Positions 26,895-35,423 of a DNA stretch of 64,000 nucleotides are shown here, piece by piece (position 1 is the first letter of the stretch; every line of letters starts with the position of its first letter). The position numbers and the translations under genes were made by a program. Source of the stretch: Candidatus Cloacimonadales bacterium (lineage in GTDB: Bacteria > Cloacimonadota > Cloacimonadia > Cloacimonadales > JAIOQZ01); NCBI GenBank assembly GCA_963662655.2, contig CAXXTU010000002.1, positions 2,400,001-2,464,000 on the forward strand, given 5' to 3'. A model generated the notes under the pieces. The model ran no database searches, was not told the origin of the DNA, and saw only the letters and a program-made list of their open reading frames with translations.

Positions 26895-28352
26895 ATGAGA
26901 TTCAGCGTTTCGGCAATCATAATATTAGCAATGTTATTGACAGCATTCGGCTGTAGCGACAGCAGCAGCGGAAGCAGTGGAGGATCGAGCGGCAACACCG
27001 ACCTGGTTGGGATGTGGAACATCACGTCCTATTCCGATGAAGACGGAGTGGGAGACTACTCCGGATGGATCGAGTTCGTGGACGATGGAACCTTCGAAAC
27101 CGAGCTCCTGGACGCGGACAATTACTACACGTACGTGATCAGCGGAACATGGAGCGCTTCGAGCACAAACCTTACCACCGTCATCGAAGAAAGTAACGAT
27201 CTCTGGATGCCTGAAGGAACCTACACCTGGAACTACACCATCAATAACAACACGCTCGCAATGGATATAACCGTTGACGGCGATCATATCGAGATGACCT
27301 TCATCGAAGACACCTCCAACGAAACCGGCTCGCTGACCGGCATCGTTTCGGAAGCTGCGCGCGATGGAATCGAGGGTGTGCTTGTGAGTGTCGTGAATTC
27401 CGGCAAAACAGCCACCACCGCCTCCGACGGGAGCTACACCGTTTCGGGAATCCCCATCGGCGCATACGACGTCACGTTCTCGAAATCCGGATGGGTTACC
27501 GTGACGGAACCGGGGATCCAGATCGTGAAAGACCAGTCCACAAATCTTGATGTGCAAATGCAGCAAGGAAGCAGTGGCGTGGGTAGTATGGAAGGTTACG
27601 TGATGGACGCCTCAAATCTCGTTGCCCTTGCAGGGGCAACCATTGAGCTGGATGGAACGTCTCTTTCAACAACCTCCGATGCGAACGGTTACTACCTGCT
27701 GAGCAATATCCCAGCAGGCGATTATCTTGCAGTATGCAGCAAAACCGGCTATAATACATCAGATACATACGTTTCTATCACTGACGGCGAGGAAACTACA
27801 ACCGATTTTACCATGATTGAAGAAGGAAACGAACCGTATGCAATCCTTTCAGGCAATATAACTTGCGCTGGACACGGCACGCCGATCAACAATGTCGTGA
27901 TAACTGTCGGGGAAGTCGGCGGCGGTATTACCGATGAAAACGGCGATTACGAAGCGATGGTTCTTGGCGAGGGGACGTACGATGTAACATTCTACAAGCT
28001 CGGGTTCGAGCCCTACACCGAAACCGGCGTAACATTTACCATCGGTGAAACGGTTGATCTGGACGTCCAACTGACCATGTACGAAGAAACCACGACGAAC
28101 AATTTCCAGGTATTCGTATCCAAAGACGACCTCACCCCCATCCAGGGCGCGACCGTTACCCTCGAAGGCACATCGTACACCGGCACCACCAACCTTCTTG
28201 GGCTCTGCACGTTCAATGATGTCCCCGTGGGCCCCTATCAGATTTCCGTCACCAAAACTGGATATCAATCGATCACCGGACGCTACGTCTATGTATATTC
28301 CTATCAAAGCACACCTGCAGCCGTTAACATTACACTGGAACCAAGTAGATAG
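26895..28352 (+). CDS. lipoprotein with lipocalin-like domain and tandem carboxypeptidase-regulatory-like Ig domains
   Basis: Lipobox AFGC, LVGMW, four repeats of G.V...GATV...T..DG.Y....P.G.Y.V..SK.GY. Confidence 0.8.
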   Translation: MRFSVSAIIILAMLLTAFGCSDSSSGSSGGSSGNTDLVGMWNITSYSDEDGVGDYSGWIEFVDDGTFETELLDADNYYTYVISGTWSASSTNLTTVIEESNDLWMPEGTYTWNYTINNNTLAMDITVDGDHIEMTFIEDTSNETGSLTGIVSEAARDGIEGVLVSVVNSGKTATTASDGSYTVSGIPIGAYDVTFSKSGWVTVTEPGIQIVKDQSTNLDVQMQQGSSGVGSMEGYVMDASNLVALAGATIELDGTSLSTTSDANGYYLLSNIPAGDYLAVCSKTGYNTSDTYVSITDGEETTTDFTMIEEGNEPYAILSGNITCAGHGTPINNVVITVGEVGGGITDENGDYEAMVLGEGTYDVTFYKLGFEPYTETGVTFTIGETVDLDVQLTMYEETTTNNFQVFVSKDDLTPIQGATVTLEGTSYTGTTNLLGLCTFNDVPVGPYQISVTKTGYQSITGRYVYVYSYQSTPAAVNITLEPSR

Positions 28353-28413
28353 ATTTTCCGATTGAGCCGGTTGCGCTTGCTTCCGGCTCACTTCGAACTT
28401 TAGGAGAAGAACC

Positions 28414-30537
28414 ATGATATCCACGCATACGATCATGACCCTTTTGTGCCTATTTTTAGCCCTGAATGCGATTCAGGGAATTGAAATCGATGGCCGCCTC
28501 AGGATGGAAATCCAGACGAAAGAGCAATTCAATCACAATGAGATCAGCCAGTTACCATCATTTATAAGTTCATCCAGAGATTCTGAAACCCAGGTGATCT
28601 ATCTTCACTTCATCGAGAAACCCTCGTCACAGCTTCGCAGTCAAATCGAGAGCGCCGGCGTGGAAATCCTGCCCCATCCCTGGATACCCCCGACATTAAA
28701 CCATCCCACCGGATTCCTGACGGCACGCATGTCCGCCAGAACGGATGTGCTGAATCGAATCGCGGAAATCCCCCAGATCCGGCGCATCAATTCGGCGGAG
28801 CGCATCTACAAATTCCAGAACGATCGTGCAGCCATCCATACCGGTTCGGCCGAAGTGTGGGAATCTCCTTGGAATACCACGGGTGAAGGCGTCAAAATCG
28901 CTGTCATCGATTCAGGTTTCCAGCTCGACAACGCCGATTTCAACGATCCGCTGATCGCCATCGACTACAGCGACTACCCCGACACGAATTTCACCGTCGA
29001 TAACAGCACCACCGGAACCGGGCACGGAACGCACGTGGCCGGAACCATCGTAGGCCAGGGAACCAACAGCGGTGGCGTATGGAAGGGAATGGCTCCCGGA
29101 GCGGACTGGATCGCGCTGAAGATCGGCGCGGAAAACACGGGCGCGATCCACGAAGAAGCATTGATTTATGCCATCTATGCCGCCGGATTCTACCACGATG
29201 CGGATTTCATCAACATGAGCCTCAGTGGCTGGGGAGAATACAACGACGGCAGCAGCGAGATCGATCAAGTCGTCGATCTGGTATGGGAAGAGACCGATTG
29301 CATCTCCGTATGCGCCATCGGCAACGAAGGCTACAAGAGATACCATTATTCCGGCTATCTGGCCGCTGGGCTGGAATCGGATTTCATCGCCGTCGACTAC
29401 GCGGATTCCTCCGACATGCGGGACTTCATCTACAACTACAACCTCGTGTGGTACGATGGCGAGGATATCGAGGTTCAAAAGGAAATGACGTTCGAGTTCT
29501 TCAACCACAACTACGATCCGCTCAACTTCCAGCAGATATGGGAGATGACGCAATCGCCCCGAGGAACCCAGTCCCGATTCGCAACGGCAACGGTACTCAC
29601 CAACAACGAATTTTACATCAAGGTGCACAACAACTCCGATGTCGGGCTTACGTACCACCTCTATTGCCTGTCGTCAAACGGTGAATTCGCAGTGGACGAT
29701 CCGTATTACACAGTGGGAAGCCCGGCGACTGCGGATCATGCTGTCGCTGTGGGGTCCTGGGTAACGCGCCGGGAATACATGAACTGGGAAGGTCTGATCG
29801 TAGGCAGCACCATCAATGTCGAGAACGAACTCGCGCCATACTCGAATCGCGGCCCACGCGTCGACGGAGCGCTCAAGCCCGATTTCTGTGCTCCGGGGAG
29901 TCAGCTCATTTCCGTTCGCGACGACGATGCCTGGGGCGGTCCACCATTCGGCCTCTACACGATCTTCGTCATCAGCAACTCCTATGCTACAGACCCCGGC
30001 GGATACGGCCAGCCCTGCGACTACATGGCGCTGGAAGGAACTTCCATGGCTACGCCGGCAGCTTGCGGTGCGATAGCGCTTCTCAAATCCTATGCTCCGG
30101 AACTGGGCAAGGAGGAGCTTCTCGATATCTTGTATAATTCAGCTCGCGACGACGAATACACAAGCGCCGTGCCCAACGACGATTGGGGCTACGGAAAAAT
30201 CGATGTAGAAGCGGCGGTGGAATCGATCGCTTCCGCAGATGATTCCGCAGTCGCGCCTGCTAACATAAAACTGCTCCCGAACTACCCGAATCCCTTCAAC
30301 CCGACGACAACGATCGAGTTCAGCATCCCGCAAGACGGCCACGCAGTACTGAAGATATACAACATTCGCGGACAGCACGTGAAAACGCTTCAGAACGCCA
30401 TGCTCGAAGCCGGTGAATACAGCATGGTCTGGAATGGAACGAATGAGCGGAACGTCCCCGTTTCCAGCGGGATATACTTCAGTCGCCTCGAAGCAGGCGA
30501 CTCGGTTCGCGTGCAAAAAATGGTACTGATGAAATAA
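28414..30537 (+). CDS. S8 subtilisin-like serine peptidase with C-terminal secretion domain
   Basis: IAVIDSG, GHGTHVAG, GTSMATP catalytic triad; NYPNPFNPTTTIEF C-terminal domain. Confidence 0.92.
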   Translation: MISTHTIMTLLCLFLALNAIQGIEIDGRLRMEIQTKEQFNHNEISQLPSFISSSRDSETQVIYLHFIEKPSSQLRSQIESAGVEILPHPWIPPTLNHPTGFLTARMSARTDVLNRIAEIPQIRRINSAERIYKFQNDRAAIHTGSAEVWESPWNTTGEGVKIAVIDSGFQLDNADFNDPLIAIDYSDYPDTNFTVDNSTTGTGHGTHVAGTIVGQGTNSGGVWKGMAPGADWIALKIGAENTGAIHEEALIYAIYAAGFYHDADFINMSLSGWGEYNDGSSEIDQVVDLVWEETDCISVCAIGNEGYKRYHYSGYLAAGLESDFIAVDYADSSDMRDFIYNYNLVWYDGEDIEVQKEMTFEFFNHNYDPLNFQQIWEMTQSPRGTQSRFATATVLTNNEFYIKVHNNSDVGLTYHLYCLSSNGEFAVDDPYYTVGSPATADHAVAVGSWVTRREYMNWEGLIVGSTINVENELAPYSNRGPRVDGALKPDFCAPGSQLISVRDDDAWGGPPFGLYTIFVISNSYATDPGGYGQPCDYMALEGTSMATPAACGAIALLKSYAPELGKEELLDILYNSARDDEYTSAVPNDDWGYGKIDVEAAVESIASADDSAVAPANIKLLPNYPNPFNPTTTIEFSIPQDGHAVLKIYNIRGQHVKTLQNAMLEAGEYSMVWNGTNERNVPVSSGIYFSRLEAGDSVRVQKMVLMK

Positions 30538-30548
30538 GTGGAGGACAA

Positions 30549-32954
30549 ATGAAACACACGATCAAATCAATGACAGTCTGCCTGCTGTTCGTTTTGTGCG
30601 CATTTCCACTTCTCGCACAAACCAACTATCTAATCGACAACACGGGTTCAGGAGATTTTCTCTCCTTCACTGAAGCCATCAACTTTCTGAACGGTCTCGA
30701 TTTCATTCCTGCGGGTGGTCTTCGATTCCAGGTCACTTCAGGTCAGGATTTTTACGAGAATCCGCCCATGATATTCAATATCGAAGGCACCTACGATAGC
30801 CCCGTGATCTTCTCCGCGACATCTGTCGGCGGTGGGAACCACCCAACGATATACATCAATGAAACCTTTGGTGTCGCATTACAGATCGCCAACAGCAGCT
30901 ACATCGAGATCAACGGGATTAAAATCGCCGATCCGATTCCGACTGACGAATTCAATTATCAAACCGGCATCTACATCCAGGACGAATCCGGAGAGGTGAG
31001 CACCAGCAACATTACCGTACGGAATTGCTTTATTTCAAATGCCGCCTTTGCCGGTATCTTCAACCGGGTACGAACCAGCGGAATCCTGATTCAGGACAAC
31101 TACGTCGAAATGACGGCCGACTACTATTATGCCCATGCAGGGTTGCAGGTGTGCGGTATCCGGCAAAGCGCATCGACAGCCTACAACGCAGTCATCGAGA
31201 GGAACACCATCTATCTGCCGCAGCCGAGTACGATATCGAATGCGCCTTCGGCCATCTACGTAGCATGCGGCTCCGTCGCCAACAACATGATCTACGCGTG
31301 GAACGAGAACGACATGAAGCGCGGAATCGAGGTCGGCGTGAATAACTCGACGTCCAGCGTCTATGTATACCACAACACGATCGTGTTGGCCGGTGGAAAC
31401 GCGACGGCCGGAAGCTACTGCCTCTACGCCTATATGGCGGCAGGATCGCATCTCACCGCTCGCAATAATATCTTCATCAACGATTGTCTGGATATGTCAG
31501 GAGCGTACAATCAGGCTGTCCGGATCAACGACCTGGACGCAACCTATGACCTGGATGAAAACATTTACTACTGCCGGAACGCATTGAGCGGCTTCTACGG
31601 CCAGTGGGGTCCCGACGAATACAACGATAAAATATACTCCTTCGCCACATGGCAATCCACAACCGGACAGGACGCGAATTCCTATTGTATGGATATTCCA
31701 CTCGTCGATGAAGAAGCCGGGGATCTTCACCTGACCCACGCCGCAGCTCTCATTCCCGAATTGCAAAGCGATTACTATAATTGCTCCGGCGACATGGATA
31801 TCAACATTCGCTTTGTCTATTACAAGGGCTGCGATGAATACTTTGACGTGCCATACGGTGGCGACCTTTACATCACTGAGGTATCGGACAATCGGTCGGG
31901 TGCGAACAGCGGTTCATCCTATCTCGAGTTGGCCAACATCCGGCCATTCTCTCTCGATCTGGGCAATCTCCAGATTCTTCGAGGCGTGGACAACGGCGGC
32001 GTCTTCGAGTATGACGGATACACGTTTTCCTTTCCTGCCAATTTCTCCATTCCGCCCAACAGCTTCTGCATCGTCTCCGGCGGTTCGGATCAGAGCACCT
32101 TCGAAAGCGATTGGGGAGCGACCGTCGAATGGTTCGTTCAGGGCAGCTCCGATCTGCAACTGACCTCCGGTAAACGCTACCGGATTCAGACACCTGCCAG
32201 CCGTGCAACGCTCGATACCTCACCGGTTGTAAACGAAGGCCATCGAATCGTGCAGCAAGATGCCGACTACTGGCTTCCGCAGGACTCCGCCGACAACGCA
32301 ACGCCGGGCTACATCGACAACGACCAGACATTGCCGGTGACACTATCGTCGTTCACCGCAAGCCTGACACAGAGTGGGCTGGTCTCCATCGCCTGGACCA
32401 CGGAATCGGAAGTGGATCACCTCGGATACAACCTGTACCGGAATTCGGAAAACAATCTGGACGTAGCCTACCGGTTGAACGTCGAGATCATCACGGAAGG
32501 TCAATCGGACGGAGCGGCTACAAATTACAGCTATTTCGATGACGACATGGATGGCGAAACCGAGTTCTGGTATTGGCTGGAAAGCGTTTCACTGGACGGA
32601 AATATCGAGATGTTCGGCCCCATTTTCCTCCAGATAATCCAGCAGGAAGAACCGGAGGGCGAAGACGCAAGCACGCCCGTTACCAGCATTGTGGTTATCT
32701 ACCCGAATCCTTTCAATCCATCAACAACCGTCAGTTATTTCCTCGCGGATGAGACGAATGTCGAATTTGCGATCTACAACGTGCTCGGACAGCGTATATT
32801 CCGGGTCGATCAGGGAATACAGACCAAAGGATTGCATCGGGTAACCTGGGATGGCGTTGACGCCAGAGGCAGGGCGGTCGCAAGCGGAACGTATTTCGTT
32901 CGAATCAATACCGGAAGTTCCGTGGAAATACGGAAATGCCTTTTAATTAAATAA
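30549..32954 (+). CDS. secreted parallel beta-helix / lamin-tail-like domain protein with C-terminal domain
   Basis: N-x-I beta-helix repeats (HNTI, RNNIF), LYITEVSD, TLPVTLSSF...WTTESE..HLGYNLYR, IYPNPFNP. Confidence 0.75.
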   Translation: MKHTIKSMTVCLLFVLCAFPLLAQTNYLIDNTGSGDFLSFTEAINFLNGLDFIPAGGLRFQVTSGQDFYENPPMIFNIEGTYDSPVIFSATSVGGGNHPTIYINETFGVALQIANSSYIEINGIKIADPIPTDEFNYQTGIYIQDESGEVSTSNITVRNCFISNAAFAGIFNRVRTSGILIQDNYVEMTADYYYAHAGLQVCGIRQSASTAYNAVIERNTIYLPQPSTISNAPSAIYVACGSVANNMIYAWNENDMKRGIEVGVNNSTSSVYVYHNTIVLAGGNATAGSYCLYAYMAAGSHLTARNNIFINDCLDMSGAYNQAVRINDLDATYDLDENIYYCRNALSGFYGQWGPDEYNDKIYSFATWQSTTGQDANSYCMDIPLVDEEAGDLHLTHAAALIPELQSDYYNCSGDMDINIRFVYYKGCDEYFDVPYGGDLYITEVSDNRSGANSGSSYLELANIRPFSLDLGNLQILRGVDNGGVFEYDGYTFSFPANFSIPPNSFCIVSGGSDQSTFESDWGATVEWFVQGSSDLQLTSGKRYRIQTPASRATLDTSPVVNEGHRIVQQDADYWLPQDSADNATPGYIDNDQTLPVTLSSFTASLTQSGLVSIAWTTESEVDHLGYNLYRNSENNLDVAYRLNVEIITEGQSDGAATNYSYFDDDMDGETEFWYWLESVSLDGNIEMFGPIFLQIIQQEEPEGEDASTPVTSIVVIYPNPFNPSTTVSYFLADETNVEFAIYNVLGQRIFRVDQGIQTKGLHRVTWDGVDARGRAVASGTYFVRINTGSSVEIRKCLLIK

Positions 32955-32967
32955 AGGATGGTGAAAC

Positions 32968-35033
32968 ATGCTATGGGACAGAAAAAAAATCAGTATTCTT
33001 CTCCTGATGTGCCTTACGATTGCCTTCATGCACGCCCGAAACTACACAGGAAGGCTTTACGTCGAAGTGAAGATGAAGGAGCTCTATCGCAACGGAAGCT
33101 TGGAGAGAAAACACGAAATAAACCGAAATGCTCCCTCAATGGAGTCACAACTTGTGTATCTCTACTTCGAGAAGAAACCGAATGACACTTTTTTATCCGG
33201 CTTGAAGAAAGCGGATGTCGAGGTTTTCGAGAACTCCTGGCGTCCTCCGAACGCGAGACATCCCTGGGGATATTACACAGCCAGAATCCCTGCGGCGCTC
33301 TCGATGCTGAAACAACTGGATGCATTCCCGCAAATCAGGGAAATCCGTACCGCCGAGGGGCAAAACCAGCTCTATAACGACAGAGGTCGGCTTGAGACAG
33401 GCGCCGAGATTCTTCAGGGAGATTCCTGGGGACTGGACGGCGAAAGTGTGCGCATCGGTATCATCGATTCCGGATTCGAAGTCGCGAGTCTCGATCTCAA
33501 TCAGCCGGAAGCGGGGATTGATTACAGCGCATATCCCGATAGCGATTACACGATATCCAACGCAAACACGGGAACCGGGCACGGAACGCACGTCGCCGGT
33601 TCGATCCTCGGCCTGGGCGTGAACTCGAACAGCGTATGGCGGGGAATGGCTCCCGGGGCGGAATGGTGCGCTTACAAAGTCATGACGGACTACACGCATC
33701 TGATCACGGACGCGGCGCTCAATCAGTCATACTGGACGGCATGGTACCGGCACAACTGTGACATGCTCAACGTAAGCATCGGAGGATGGGACAATTATCA
33801 CGACGGCTCAGGAGCTCTGGAGCAGGTTATCGATCAGATTTCCGAGGACGGGTGTGTTGTTTTCCAGTCGGCTGGAAACGAAGGCAACGACGACCGTCAC
33901 GCGATGGGCACGCTCGCGGGAGGCAGTTCGGAGTTTGTCGCGATAAACATACCGGATACCACGTCCAATCGTGGAACCTATCTGATCAACCTTGTTTGGT
34001 ATGATAGTCCCGACACCACGATTCAGCGCCCTATGACGCTGAGTTTTTACAATGAGGAGATGGAACCCATCAACCAGATATGGCAGGACATCGACGACAT
34101 GACGCAATCTCCCCGTGGAACGCAATCCCGTTGGGGATCCGTTATTCGTAACGGAGACAATCCATTTTTCGTGAAGGTAGAGAACCAATCGGGCGTCACC
34201 ATGGATTACCACCTCTTCAGCATGAGCAGCGGAGCGAAATTCGTGGAACCGGACACCTCCTGCACCATCTCGTCGCCGGCTGTTGCAGACCTCGTTGTAT
34301 CGGTTGGCTCATGGACCACGCGCAATCGTTGGCATACATGGAATCACCTCGTTGCCTGGACGGACGAAGTCATTGGTGAATGCTCGCCATTCTCATCTCG
34401 TGGGCCTCGCGTTGACGGAACCCAAAAGCCTGAACTGAGCGCTCCGGGAAGCTACATTATCTCCATCCGGGACGACGATGCATGGGGTTGGCCTTTCGGG
34501 CTCTGGACAACTGCCGTGATCAGTAACGCATACGCGGAAGGAGACTCGACGGGAGGTCTACCGGCAGATTACATCATCCTGCACGGCACCTCCATGTCAT
34601 CACCCATCACATGTGGGGCAGCTGCGCTCATCAAGCAATACGAACCCGAAATATCCCGCGACGAGCTGGTCGTGCTTCTCCAAAACCACGCACGGCTGGA
34701 TGAATTCACCGGAGATTTACCCAACGAGAAATCGGTTTCGGGAAAGTCGATGTGGAAGCTGCTCTATTAGCGCTCGTCGGAGACCAAACGCCGGCTCAAG
34801 TCCAAAACATTACCCTCGAAATCTCCGATGGGAATATCGTCTTGAACTGGGACGCCGTTCAACAATCGATCAACGGTGCCCCCATTTCAACCGATGGCTA
34901 CAGGATTTTCGCGTCCACGATCCCTTACGCCCCCACTTGGAACGAACTCGGAGAAACATCGCAAACGACCTTCTCCGTTCCTGTTAACTCTGGCTACAGG
35001 TTCTTTATAATCACCTGCTTAAATAACCCATAA
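32968..35033 (+). pseudogene. S8 serine peptidase, frameshifted near 34732 (pseudogene or sequence error)
   Basis: IGIIDSG, GHGTHVAG, GTSMSSP. After PNEK the conserved GFGKVDVEAAL continues in another frame into the 34752-35033 ORF. Confidence 0.8.
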
Positions 35034-35072
35034 ATGCCTCGGTTTTTAACCATTACTCATGGTTCAACCTCA

Positions 35073-35107
35073 GAAAAAGGTCGCGAATTTCTTTCGCGAC
35101 CTTTTTC
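35073..35107 (+). terminator. intrinsic terminator (bidirectional)
   Basis: GAAAAAGGTCGCGAA-tttct-TTCGCGACCTTTTTC. Confidence 0.85.
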
Positions 35108-35117
35108 ACACTCGCTC

Positions 35118-35304
35118 GCAGAGGTGTGAGCAGATTCGTTCCATCCGCCTCCCAACGGGGTGTTTCACAGCTATTTTCGGCTTTGACGCAGTTAAAACGA
35201 AAACCTGAACGTTGTGATTTCGTTCCTCGAAATCATGTTAGTGGGAAAATAGGCTGTGGTATATCCCCGTTGGGAGGCGGATCGGGCGAAGATGCCACAC
35301 CGGT
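35118..35304 (+). ncRNA. rod-like structured repeat element, copy B
   Basis: 18-bp perfect stem ATCCGCCTCCCAACGGGG/CCCCGTTGGGAGGCGGAT with extensions; homologous to 23032-23165. Confidence 0.6.
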
Positions 35305-35423
35305 ATGCCATCGACTGAAAACCTGAATCTTCTCGAGGAAGCTACCTACCCAAAATGATTTCCTTGCCGCGTGCGATCAAAGTTTTATTGTTGGTACAGA
35401 ATTTTCTACAGGGGATTTGCAGC

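Noticed and set aside
35118..35304. Integron attC site (TCCCAAC...GTTGGGA resembles R''/R')
   Set aside because: The bases inside AAC/GTT pair perfectly with no unpaired central spacer, the stem extends far outside the R boxes, copy A has AGC instead of AAC, and no integrase or cassette array is present
35118..35304. 6S RNA
   Set aside because: Size is similar, but there is no large central bubble flanked by two long helices, and the homologous copy is only about 135 nt
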